Below are positions 11,482 through 27,038 of a stretch of DNA of 64,000 nucleotides, piece after piece. This stretch comes from Octopus sinensis (Eukaryota). Every line of letters begins with the position of its first letter. The first letter of the stretch is position 1. The notes beneath the pieces are model-generated. The model had not been told where the DNA came from, did not search any database, and saw only the letters and a program-made list of their open reading frames with translations. The stretch covers positions 32,178,001 through 32,242,000 of the forward strand of contig NC_042999.1 in NCBI RefSeq assembly GCF_006345805.1, written 5' to 3'. Made by a program: the position numbers and the translations under genes.

Positions 11482-14312
11482 TATATATATAATATATGTG
11501 ATTAAGTAAATGAATATATTATTTATCATATATGTATATATATATATATACAGACGCATGCATAAATGTGTATGTGTATGCGTGTGTTAGGTGTGTTGAA
11601 AGAAATAGAAGGAGATACTGGGAGGGAGATAGTGACGCAATGGCTTATTGAGTGAAAGCAATAGAGAGACACAACGATGCATACATTGCACTGCAACCTC
11701 TTATGAGATACGTCAATTAAAACAAAACATAGGGAGATAGATAGATAGACACGGAAAAATGCACACATAAATATATATGAACTCCAGCATCCTTCGCTAT
11801 GATCTATAAAAAATATTGAACCCTTAAGAGGACAAAATGCTGGTTAAAATAAAATATATGCAAAAGCATATTGTCATATTCATATAAGTATGTTATTGCG
11901 CATATACGCCCATATGCGTGGACGCGCAAATGTCAGATATTATATCTTAATTTTCAATAATAAATACTAAGATTGAATCTTCTACTTTGTTTACCTTATA
12001 AGAGACCATACACAGCTTTGTTAGGCCTATTTGCTAATGAAGCACGTTGCATATTTGAAACGTCTATTTTTTTATAATGTACAAACTGGCATTGACAGAT
12101 TAGCTTTTCCTCAGATTTCCTTTATCTCTATAGGGTATATAATCGGTGAAGTCTGTTGAAATACACTCAGTCAGGGAATATTTATATTGGCAATGAACTA
12201 TCAGTCAGTCATTCAAAACTCAGATCCGTATGTATTAAAATAAGGCTTCCATGCAGAATAGACTGTGCCTGAATATTGTTCAGCAATTAAACGACTTTAT
12301 CAGATTTTCTCTTCTCAAAACATGAAAAGTTTATATTATATAATAGACACTATTGTTTAACAATTGTGTCACCGACCCACAGAATACCTGGGATATTTCG
12401 TAGATAGGTGTAGATACAAATTACGAGATATTAATAACTACTGTTGTTATTGTTCTTTATTTTGTACAAAATTGTAATCGAATAACTGTTGCTGTTTAAC
12501 CCCAAGGGCCGCCTTTCTAAATCATACGTATAATATATTGTATTCAGAGTTTAGTTCCGGGTATTATTTGTATGTCTGAGATATACATAATCCATGGAAT
12601 GCTACATGAATTGCGTTTCTAGTAACTCCTGTGATATATACCTTAATTTGCGTACTTTACGTATAATCACTTGTTGATACAACTCCACAATTAAACCAAT
12701 TAAAATCTTTTATTTTTTGAATAGGTTGAAATTGAAATTATACGATGACTGTTATATCTCCAGCTAGCCTATTTCATTGCTTCATTATTTCTATATTTTG
12801 AGAAAGAAAAACTATGAGTTTTGATGGATATAACTGCTATGGATATTTTAGAAATGGTTCGCTTTATTTAAGTATCATGTTCTTCGTAAGTCTTCCCGTT
12901 CGCCCATTTAACAACGGGAAACCCACTCAGGTGATTGCATTTGGGTAATATTAGGGATAACTGATGCGATAATGTTTGATATCTCGTAACCTTGTTTTAT
13001 GTGAGAGCGTTTGCCTATAGAGACTACAAATATGATTATTCATGAACGAATGTTTACAATATATTAATGTGAAATGCTCCAGGTTATCATATTGCAGTTC
13101 ATGGCATCAGTTTTGTTCAATAATTTATACAGTAACTTCCACGTTTTAAGCTGATAATTCTTGTCAATAATTTATAGGTGCACGAAAATATTGCACATAT
13201 TCAGCACCACCCAACCACAGTCACACACGCACACGCACAAACACACATACATATACACATTTGCGTATATATATGATGATGATGATGATGAATGTGTATA
13301 TGCTTACCTATTGGTATGAACGCATATGAATAAAGCTTGGGAATCAATGCAGCGTATACAATATATAATTTCAAGACAATGTTACTATCGTATATTAAAT
13401 TAGTATAGATTAACTACGGTGCAAAACTACATTACATGCATAAACTCTGGTTCTCCCAGCAGTCATGGAAAAATAGAGATTCGATTATTCGATTATTCGA
13501 GTATTGAATTTCGGTAATACCTTCGTCAGGATTCTATTAATTACTTTTCGTTGCCGAGAGAAATTAAGAAGTCCACTTTTTGCAAAGTATAAGCACATAT
13601 TAAACATGGCTAGCTTGTGAATATTGTGGGCGGAATTCGGCTATACTATACATTGCCAATTATAGTCGTTTTTCTTGTATATTTAATGTTGGTTTATAAA
13701 TCCAGTATCAGGTAGTGAGGTAGCGAATTTAGTATATTCAAGCAATGTGTTTGGAGAACTATCAGGAAAAGATGAAAAAATTTGAATCCCTTAATTTGAA
13801 ACTCTAAAATCCAGAAAAATTAGATATGCATGTATTAACGTGGAATATTAGTTAAATTCCTTTATAACGTAACTATGCTTCTCACAAGAAGGTTACAGTT
13901 TATTCAGCAGCCCTGGTGGCTAAGTTCACTCGTTCAATAAACAGGTTACAAATGACAACTACAATATCTAACGTCATACCCTTGTTCCTATATAAAAACA
14001 CCGTCACATTAGATGACTTAGAGAGCTAAACTGTGCCAGCGATGATCTTTGCTATACTGCCATTGCCTGACCCAGTAATGCTTTCCAAATGAACAAGGCA
14101 AGTCGATCTTAATAGTTTTTGTTTTGATAACAGAGCGACAGGATTAAACGGAATATAATTCTATTTTGAGTGCCTCTCCTTCTTTGCAAATTCATAAGAA
14201 CTTATCTACATACTTTTATTCACGTATGTAAATGTGCGTTGCGTATGCGTGCGTAAGTGTATACAAATATATGTGTATATGTATAAATGTATATATATAT
14301 ATACATACCTAC

Positions 14313-14383
<71 letters not shown>

Positions 14384-15194
14384 TGGGGCTATCGAATATG
14401 AATATATAGTAATATATTGCGTGTTGATTCCGGTATATTATAAAACCTAGCATCATACTATTATCAGTAAACGTATTTTCTTCCAGTTGAAGAAAGTAGA
14501 ATTACAAGGAAAAACAATAAATATTACAAAAGCCGAGCAAAAATACATGCAAAATTAATAAATAGTGGTGGCGTGTATAGTGAAACCAAAATACAGTTAA
14601 AGCTTTCAGAAACAAGACGACTAGCAATTCTGCTTGCATCATTAGTTAGTCTTGGTTTCACTATTAACTACATGACTGACTGTCTATTTCAGTTGAATCA
14701 AGGATTGTTATCATAATCGGATCTATTAAATTTGCAGAATATAAATACTAAAGAAGAATTCGTTCATGAAAGTTCATTTCAATAAGCAGTCGTTGACTTA
14801 CGCAACGTATGTATCTATATATTGTTTCTGATTAAGTAGGCTTAACTGCCTGACTGAGCTACATATCAGAAACTATCTATTCACATGCATTTATTTCTGC
14901 TTGAGAAATATCTCTTGCCATACCACAAACACAAATAAATGAACATCATTTCTTTTTATATAACACCTACTTAGATGGAAATAAATGACTAGGAAGTGGC
15001 AGATGCGTTGCGGCCTCGTACAAAAGTTCTTTGCTATACTTTCCAGTTATGAGTTCGATCCTGTTTATGTGAACTTATTAATTCAACATTATATGTGAAT
15101 CAATTACAATGGCATTACAGTGATGACGTCAGTTTGTCTCAGGCATTGAAAATACTTTATATTGGATCAATCGCTTCTATACTTGCGACTACAT

Positions 15195-15350
15195 GGGTAG
15201 CAGAGATCATTGGTAAACATACGTCCGGCTTGATGTTCTGAGTTCAAATTGCGCCGAGGTCGGCTTTGCCTTCCCTCGTTTCGGGGTCGATAAATTAAGT
15301 ACCTGTGAAGGCTCCTCCCCCAAGTTTCAGGCCTTCTAACTTTAGGAGAA
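15195..15350 (+). mobile_element. Decayed tRNA-derived SINE (second family), 3' part
   Basis: gttctgagttcaaattgcgccgaggtcggctttgcc...ttcggggtcgataaattaagtacc; homologous to the minus-strand copy at 37361-37709. Confidence 0.65.
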
Positions 15351-15388
<38 letters not shown>

Positions 15389-15458
15389 TATAATTACTAC
15401 TACTACTAATGCTACAACAAAAACAACTACTACTACTATTACTATTATTATTATTATT

Positions 15459-17670
<2,212 letters not shown>

Positions 17671-18148
17671 GAATAAGAGAACAGTTCATGCCATCAAAGT
17701 GACACTGGGGTAAAATATACGAAGCCCAATATACCCATTATGACTACCCGTCTGATAAGGGTACACCAGGCACATGCATCACAACCATATGTGTGCGACA
17801 TGGTGATCTCATACCAAGATAAACAGCACATGACCTTGCAGGTGGGGCCCAGTGAGAATTTTCTTCAGGTTGAGTAGCCCATCCCGCTCAAAAGGTCCCT
17901 GAGTAAGGGTTGTTTAAGGATGTTGAAAGAATCACTCCTGTTTCCAGAGGTGAATCATTCAAACCCCAAAGAATCCCTCTCGACACACGGCTATGATGCT
18001 CCCCCACTATTCTGCTCGTGATCGGAGATGCACATATCGTCAGCTACTAAGGGATATGCTCAAATCGTGAAGGTCATACAACTGACAAGCAAATCTGTGG
18101 TATTGAGCAGAATATTTGCTGTAGCCCATCTTTTATACCAAGACAAAA

Positions 18149-18150
<2 letters not shown>
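17671..18150 (-). mobile_element. Non-coding (TAA)n-inserted retroelement fragment, family D copy 1
   Basis: Collinear with 18293-18560 and 20528-21023; shared left end, variable right end; (ATT)n on both sides; strand inferred from truncation pattern. Confidence 0.7.
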
Positions 18151-18244
<94 letters not shown>

Positions 18245-18292
18245 CATTATTACTTTTTTATAATTATTATTATTATTATTATTATTATCATT

Positions 18293-18560
18293 AAGTGAGA
18301 GAGCAGTGGATGCCATCAAAGTGACACTGGAGTAAAATATACGAAGCCCAGTATACCCATCATGACTACCCGTCTGATGAGAGTACACTAGGCACATGCA
18401 TCACAAACATATGTGCGTGACATGGTGATCTCATATCAAGATAAACAGCACATGACCTTGCAGGTGGGGCCCAGTTAGAATTTTCTTCAAGTCGAGTAAC
18501 CAATCCCGCTCGAAATGTCCTTGAATAAGGGTTGTTTAAGGACGTTGAACGAAACACCCA
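18293..18560 (-). mobile_element. Family D copy 2 (shorter)
   Basis: aagtgagagagcagtggatgccatcaaagtgacactgg... to gaaacaccca|ttatta. Confidence 0.7.
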
Positions 18561-18607
18561 TTATTATTATTATTATTATTATATTATTATTATTATTATT
18601 ATTATTA

Positions 18608-18650
<43 letters not shown>

Positions 18651-18757
18651 ATTTTATTATTATTATTATATATTATTATTATTATTATTAATTATTATAT
18701 TATTATTATTATTATTAATTTTATTATTATTATTATTATTATTATATATTATTATTA

Positions 18758-18791
<34 letters not shown>

Positions 18792-18799
18792 TTTATTAA

Positions 18800-18842
<43 letters not shown>

Positions 18843-18887
18843 TATTATTATTATTATTATTTTATTATTATTATTATTATTATTAAT

Positions 18888-19986
18888 ATAGTTTAATTTT
18901 TATTTTTATAGCGGGCTTTCACTTCACTACCGAGCGCAGCTCTGTGTGCCTTGGGTATGTGCTGTGATTTGTTGTGATGCTCTGATGGTTATTGTATGGA
19001 AAGTGTTCTGCGTGGGATGTGTGCAGTGCCTAGTAGTGCAATTTTCTGTATGTTATATGTGTTTGTAAGTCCTGGTGTTTTTGTTATGTATTTGTCTGAA
19101 TATTTTTTATCATGCCTAATGCACCTACTATGATAGGAATTGTTTCTGTTTTCAGGTTCCACATTCTAGTTACCTCTATTTCCAGGTCTTTGTATTTTGA
19201 GAGTTTCTCCATTTCTTTTAGAGACACCTTGTCATCTGCCGGTATTGATACATCAATTAAAAAGCATTTTTTTTCTTCATGATATCTGACAACTATATCT
19301 GGTCTGTTGGCCTTAATTTCTCTATCTGTGTGTATCGGCATATCCCAGAGTATGGTTGCTTTTTCATTTTCTGTGACCTTTTCTGGTGTGTGCCTATACC
19401 ATCTTTTTTCTGTTGTTATTCCATAATGTTGGCATAGCTTCCAATGTATGTAGGTTCCAACTCTGTCATGTATGTGAATATATTCCTTCTTAGCCAGGAC
19501 TGGGCAGCTAGAGATAATATGATTTATTGTTTCTTGTCCATCTCCACATATTCTGCAGTTACTTGTAATATTTCTTTTCATTACATGTTTTTGGTAATTT
19601 CTGGTGGGTAGGCTTTGGTCTTGTGCTGCAATTAAAAATCCCTCTGTTTCTGCTTTGAGTCCTGAACTTCTCAACCATTGCTGGGATTTTTCTTTGTCTA
19701 TTTCTTTTGCGTTTAGTTTAGTGCCGTATTTACCATGAAGGGGTTTTTCTTGCCATCGTTTTATCATGGCTCGTTGCTGTTCTATTTTTAGTTTGGATTT
19801 CATTTGTTTTATAGCTTTTGTTGTGTCTTCATCATCTTCTTCTTCGTCTTTATGTTTATTAGGTGGTATGATTTCTTGTTTGTATTTGTCAGCTTCCTTA
19901 AATACTGAGAACAGTTTTTTGTTTTGTTCGTGTTTTGATGCTATCTGGGTCAGTTTCCCTTCCTTCTGAAGTAGGTAGTTTTGCAG

Positions 19987-19987
<1 letters not shown>
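18888..19987 (-). mobile_element. R4/Dong-clade RLE retrotransposon, 5'-truncated (family B)
   Basis: ORF 19084-20043: KPLHGKY, WLRSSGLKAETEGF, CRICGDGQETINHIISSC, NRPDIV..LIDVSIP..KYKDL; 3' UTR shared with 54159 and 54782 copies. Confidence 0.9.
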
Positions 19988-20019
<32 letters not shown>

Positions 20020-20031
20020 GTTATTATTATT

Positions 20032-20470
20032 GCCCAGCTTCAAGCGCTGGAGATGTACTACGGGACCAGCTGTTCACTATCAGTGAATTAAGGTAACACC
20101 CCTTATTTACCGAGCACTGGGAACGGTGCTCCGGCAATTATACCACGATCTTTCTTCAGTAACCACAACTGCTTGATTTACCAAGCTAAACTATCATACC
20201 TTTCGACTTTTTTTTTCCTCATCGCATATCTTGTCAGCTGGGCATGCTATATCTATGATCCAACATGATTTGCTTTCTTTCTCAATCAAAACAATTTCTA
20301 GTTTCCTATTCTCTGTCACATGGTCGAACTGAATCATAAAATCCCATACAATCTTTGCAATATCCTTTTCGATGAGCATTTCGAGTTTATTTTCGTACCA
20401 CTTTATGGGCTAAGTACATATTTGTTGTAAAGTGTCCAATGGACAATCTTTGCTATGTTTCATCAAAATC
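20032..20470 (-). mobile_element. Decayed R4/Dong-clade 3' fragment (family C)
   Basis: Minus strand IAKIVHW..KWYENK..KIVWDFMIQ..EIVLIEK..WIIDIACPAD resembles the RLE region; different 3' UTR; adjoins (ATT)n. Confidence 0.65.
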
Positions 20471-20527
20471 ATCATTATCATCATCATCATTATCATCATC
20501 ATTGATGTTGTTGTTGCTGTTATTATT

Positions 20528-21023
20528 AAGTGAGAGAGCAGTTCATACCATCAAAGTGACACCGGGGTAAAATATAACAGCCCAGTATACCCATCATGAC
20601 TACCCGTCTGATGAGGGTACACGAGGCACATGCAACACAATCATATGTGCGCGAAATGGTGATCTCATATTAAGATAAACAGCGCATGAACTTGCAGGTA
20701 GGGCCCACTTAGAATGTTCTTCTGATCCAGTAGTCCATCCCACACAAAAGGTCCCTGAATAAGGGTTGTTCAAGGATGTTGAACAAACCACCCATGTTTC
20801 CAGAGGTGTATTATACAAACCCCAAATAATCCCTCTCAACACATGGCTAGCATGTTCCCTCACTACTCCTGCTTGTGATGAGAGATGCACATATCGTCAG
20901 CCAATAAAGGAATGCTCAACTGGTTAAGGTCAATCAACTGACAAGCAAATCTGTGGTATTGAGCAGAATATTTGCTGTAGCCCATCTTTTATACCACGAC
21001 TAAACAATGTACATGTTAACACA
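20528..21023 (-). mobile_element. Family D copy 3 (longest)
   Basis: Collinear with 17671-18150 and extends ~15 bp further (aatgtacatgttaacaca); (ATT)n flanks. Confidence 0.7.
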
Positions 21024-21037
21024 TTATTATTATTACG

Positions 21038-21072
<35 letters not shown>

Positions 21073-21372
21073 TATTATTATTATTATTGTTTCTATGTAA
21101 GACTAACACTGTGTCCAATATCGTGATTTTGTTGATTGAAGAATTTGTATCTAACAAGGACTTCAGACGAACATTACTTTATGCAATATGCGTGCAGTTC
21201 CAAGCAGTGCCGACTTTTGCAATACACCAAAATTGTAGAGTTGTTCTAAAGATTCCAGATGTTTCTTCAGCTTGGCTCGTTTTGAACTCAATTCTCCGAT
21301 GACAACGTTATGCTAGTCGTAGTTTCCGCAGTTTGGTGATCTCAATTCTCTGGTCTCCATATTTATTAATTA

Positions 21373-21756
21373 CTAGCAGTATCGCCCGGCGTTGCTCAGG
21401 TTTGTAAGGGAAATAACTATAAAGCATTTTTAGAGAGTTATAGCCAAAAAATAGCAAAAAAATGGAAAAAAATGATGGTAAATTTTCTTTGATAGTTAAA
21501 AAAGGTGGAGTTGCGTCCCCTACACAGTTTGTGGTTTGTGTTCCTGATTCTCGACCCCATGTCGAATTTATCGACTTTTTTCAGAACTGGGGGAACTTTT
21601 CAAAATTTTCGCTGCGTTAGTTTTGAATTATGACATTGGGCTATGTGTGTGTCAAGTTTCATCAGAATCGGTTGAAAGCCGTGGTCAGGGTGAGGGTACA
21701 AGCAAACAGACACACAGAAACACGCACAGACAAACTGCCGTTTATATAGAGAGAGA
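21373..21756 (-). mobile_element. Non-autonomous Helitron
   Basis: Reverse complement of the shared 3' end (ctagcagtatcgcccggcgttgctcaggtttgtaagggaaataactata) at 21373; 5' TC start (tctctctctatataaac) at 21756; internal sequence differs from the other two copies. Confidence 0.75.
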
Positions 21757-22076
21757 TTTCTTTTTTTTTCAATATTATTATCGTTGTTGTTAGATGCATA
21801 TTTCGTGCAAATTTATTTATATTCATAACAAATAGTTGTTCTGCCTGATTTGCAACGTGTCTTGCATCAAATCTCTGATAGATTTCAATTAAAAGATATC
21901 CGTATAGCTCCAATTGTCATATTCTACTGTCTTAGAAACATTCGCATGCATGAAGCAGCAATAACATATTTCTTTTCTTTTTCACAAATTTTTATTTAAA
22001 TTTTAAATTATTCAATGTGAGAATTGTCAAGTAGAATATTAAATTATTTAATATATTCTCATCAGTCATATATCAT

Positions 22077-22142
<66 letters not shown>

Positions 22143-22412
22143 TGTATACATACGTAATTCTTATTTGCTAGTATGTAGTTAAAGTCTTGGGGTAATGCTT
22201 ATGCTAAGATATTTCAATGCACTATCTAAATATTACCATTGTATTTCCAAGTTTCAAAAGTGCTAATGTATTCATATCTTAGGTTATGCCGCACTTTTAG
22301 ATTTTACCGGTACTATCACTACAAGATATAGGAATTATGAGCTTTTCCCTAACCTAATAACTTGAATGCACCACAGGCCAGAATTTAGAATCCATACATA
22401 CATATATATATA

Positions 22413-22471
<59 letters not shown>

Positions 22472-22884
22472 TATAGATATATATATACAGTAAGAGAGAG
22501 AGAGAGAGAGAGAGAGAAACAGAGTGAGTGGGACAATTAAGCGGAACAGTAAATTAAATATACTAATTACATAATTCAATAGTTCGGGGAAGAAGTACAA
22601 AATACGTATACATAGAAAACGAGAGAAAGCTACATGCTTAAGGCTTTCAGTCGATGGATATCGTAGTAAAAGTACATAGCTATTTATATTAATTCATATA
22701 GAGTCATATCCACACTGCTATATTTAGTATATCGACTTTGTTTTCCGCATCAGGCACAGCCAACTACTTCCATCTCAGAGCCATTCCTTTCACCGTGGAA
22801 CTTATCTCCTGTAAAGTCTTCGGAGTCTAATTTAAATCATTTGAGCCCTTCTAAATATCTTCTTTTCTGCATCCCATCTGTTGG

Positions 22885-22928
<44 letters not shown>

Positions 22929-23581
22929 GCGTGCATATTTCCCCCATACTGGTTTTGGTTCCAGAAGACATGACTTAAATCGAATTAACTTGTCTTTAGG
23001 CTAAAACGATAATAACCATTTCCATTTCTGTACTTTATTTACGAATGCATTTTCAACAATACATGTTTAATAAAAAGCTATTTTAAGCTTACAAACAAAT
23101 AATTCTTATTTTTTAATGCAATACAGTAAAAAAAACAAGAATAATTTAAATTTACGAATACAATTTGGCGGTGTTTACCGTACATCGCGGATGCTTTATG
23201 TATGAATGCGATTTTCAATAACACATGGTAAAAGAAAAGCTTTTACTTTTTAGCTAAAAAACAAATTCAATAATGGTTATTACTTCACAATAGTAAAAAA
23301 TAGCCTAAATTATTTTAAATTTACCAATATGTACATACAATTTGTTGATTTCATGATATCATGATTTCATTCACTAAGCTACACTAGTCTATAGTATGTA
23401 TCGTAATATTTACAGTACGTATTTCAATATAATTTTATAATCTTTTATACTTATTTATTGTACAGTAGTAAGATTTTATGTGTTTTTATCTAGTTTCTAG
23501 TGATTTTACAATTCCGTCATTTGTGTCGGACAGACGTATAACTGGGAACGACTTGAATCAAAACAATCTTAAGCCGAGTTA

Positions 23582-23657
<76 letters not shown>

Positions 23658-24370
23658 CGTGTGTGTTTGTGTGTGCGCGTGCGTGTGTGTTACTCTCTGT
23701 GTGGGTGTGTGTCTGTGTATCTCTGTGTATGTAAGTGCGTGTGCATGTGTGTGTATTGGAGCGCTTGTGTAATATATGCGTATGAACGACTCTGTGTCTA
23801 TAATTTCAATTTCAAATATGGCATAAAATTAGAATATTGAATATTATATGACAACACGTCCAAAATACATAAGATATCTAATTTTCAATGGAAATTTAGC
23901 AGTAACTACTATGTAACCCCTTTTTGAGAAATACACTTGACTGGAATACATTTAATCACGTACTTACTTAGTTAATACTTTTCACTGACACTTTATTTCA
24001 TTTCGTGAAACCTTTACAGCAAGCAATATATTATCGCAATTAATATACTTCTCACCAAAGACATATTATTGCAGCGGAACAAGCGTGTATACCAGTATAT
24101 CAGAAACAGGATACTCAATATAATAAAGTTATTAAAGTTTCCTTCAATTCAACAGATATCTGAATGACACCATTTAGTAACCCACTTCCACTTACTTACA
24201 CATATATCTACATGTAGGCATGAATACATAATGATATACGTGTCTATGAATTTGTTTCGATAAATAACTCTCTCTTTTATATCTTGCCCTATCTATCGCC
24301 CTCTCACTCTTTATATACTTAAATATATATAAATATATAATAGTATTTAAATAAGTATAGAATATATCAA

Positions 24371-26610
24371 TATCTCGGTTTTTGTGTACACTTGAGAATA
24401 ATGTTCCACCCATCTTTCCATTTCTTTCTTCTTGTCCCTCAGCTGCTCAGCTGTTGCAAACTTGAGACGTGCCACTTTATTCACTGTTGGTGTGATAGCA
24501 CCTCTAATTTTCTCATACATTTTCCTGACGCTACCCATATCACTCGCCTGCTTAATTTATAAGCATAACATAACCTAGTATTAGTTGGCACATATTCTAG
24601 TTTCTTTTTGAAGGTTGGATTTTGCATCACGTAGCTGTTGCTTTGTACCTTCTGTTCGGTTTCTATTGTACTTTATGAATATCTTGCGCTTTTTCTCCAG
24701 TTATGTCATTAGTATTGAGGCATTAACTTCGATCCAGTCTTCTTTGGAAAGTCGATCCGTTCCAAAGGCCCTCATATATTGCTGACGGCTTGATGAGGAC
24801 ATTTCTCAGCTCCCCGAAAGGACAGAACTTGATATACCATCAACAGAATAAGAAATCTCCACTGCAATCGATGAACGTGCAAGCGGGAAAGCACTCGGCA
24901 ATGACAATATACCTGCAGAAATAAAACAGATATGCCATCCTTCCATATTTATACAAGTTACTAAAGATGTGTTGATTGGATGTAAACATTTCACATGATA
25001 TGACAGATCCCAAGATCATCATTTTCCACAAAAATAAAGGAGACAAGGAAGATTGCAGTAACTACAGATGCAACTGACTTCTGGGCATCATTGGAAAAGC
25101 ATTTGCGATGATCATTCTGAAACGACTTCAGAAGCTAGAAGAAAGAGTACTACCAGAGAGACAGTAAGGTTTTAGATCTAACCGCTCAACAATGGATATG
25201 ATCTTCTCCATACGCCAACAACAACAAAAATGCTGGGAGCAGCAATTACTACTATATATAGCATTTGTCGATCTGACAAAAGCATTTGATACAGTCAGCA
25301 GATCAGGACTGTACATGGTGCTTGGAAACTGTGACTGCCCCCAATACTACTGCAGCTCATTGTTTCGTTCCATGATGACATGAAGGCCACCATTCAGTTT
25401 GACGGTTTAATATCAGATAGCTTCAACATCAACAGCGGAGTAAAACAAGGTTGTGTTTTAGCAATAATCCTTTTCAGCATTTATTTTACTGTATTTCTGC
25501 AGTATGCATTTCAAGAGTTGCCGAGAGATGTCTACCCTTTTTGGAGAACTGATGTGTCACCCTTTGATCTTTCTGAACATTGGGCCAAACCTAAGATCAA
25601 TAGAGCAATCATAAGAGACTTTCTCTTCGCCGACGATGCGGCACTTGTTACTCACAGGGAATTAACTCTACAAATAATGATGGACCTCCTACTATCAGCA
25701 TGCAAGGCCTTCAGTATGGTCATCAGTGTAAAGAAGACAGTCATCCTCATTCAGGAGGGTGCAGTGAAAGTCCATATAAAGCTTGATGACAAAGATCTTG
25801 AGATAGTGGACAGGTTCTGCTATCTAGGGTCTACCATTTCCTCCATTGCTTCACTTGATGATGAGATTAACGTCGGGATAGGGAAGGCAGCAGCAATTTT
25901 TGGAAGGCTGACAAAACGAGTATGGAAGAACAAGAGATTAGACATCACGACAAAGATCGTGATTTATTAATCATGTGTTCTCAGCACATTCCACTTTCGA
26001 TCAGAAACGTGGACCTTGTACAACAGACAGAAAAAGTGCCTCGGCATTTTCCATCTCAAATGCCTTCGCAAGATCTTAAACCTAACATGGTGCGGCAAGT
26101 TCACCAATGTTGAAGTAGTGGCGCATGCGAATGACAGTAATCTTGTGTATGAGAAGAGTGATGTGGCTAGGGCATGTCAGGAGAATGGATGACCATCGAA
26201 TCTCGAAGCAACTGCTCTATGGAGAATTGGCCAACCGGAAGAGACCAAGAGGAAGCCCAAAACTGGGGAAGAAGTACACTTGCAAAACTTGTTTGTCCCA
26301 GTGCGCGGTGGATGTCAGTACCTGGGAAGAGAGGGCTGAGGGGAGAACAACATGGAGGACTGTGGTGAAGGAAGGAACTGCTTCTCTAGAGAGCAGCTAC
26401 AGAAACAAATTGAGAAGCGTCAGCGGCGAAGGGAAAATAACAGAAATGCAGAACACCAGGCCAACCTCTTGGTATGCAACTACTGTGACAGAAATTAGCC
26501 ACGAAATTAGCCACGAAAGAAGCTGCAAGAAAGGGAGCCTCTGATATTTTCGATTAAGTTACCTCTAAGCTAAATTGACCGTCTGCATTGATGAAAAGGC
26601 CAATTATACA
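24371..26610 (+). mobile_element. Decayed RTE-BovB-like LINE with inverted 5' segment (24371-24803 on minus strand)
   Basis: Plus: SGKALGNDNIPAE, FVDLTKAFDTVSR, SGVKQGCVLA, LFADDAAL, FCYLGS, WLGHVRRMDDHRISKQLLYGEL; minus 24371-24803: EDWIEVN...MERWVEHYS, the region normally just upstream; 3' boundary approximate. Confidence 0.85.
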
Positions 26611-26977
26611 ATAGATATATACACATGAGGGCACTACAGGAGTATCTGCATCGCTAAAAATAGTAACAAAAAATGCTTCTCTTCCACAGAATAGTTAGCA
26701 TTACTTGTGTATACCTAGCGGAGGTAAGAGACTTTAACGTTCACTAGAATTTTTCCCTACCAGTCCTGTAGTAGTTTTGTGATTATTATGTCGCATAGAT
26801 GTATTTGTGACTTCTATTTTTAGGAATATAGATACTCATGCAGTGCCCTCGTGTAAATATATATATATATATATACATATATAAATGCGTGAATTTATAT
26901 ATATATATATATAATATATACATATATATATACATGTATGTATATTTATATTACATGTATATATATATATATATATT

Positions 26978-27038
<61 letters not shown>

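Noticed and set aside
20601-20619. CTGATGA in family D as a hammerhead core
   Set aside because: It lies in the loop of a taccc/gggta hairpin, has no correctly placed GAAA or stem III, and copy 1 reads ctgataa.
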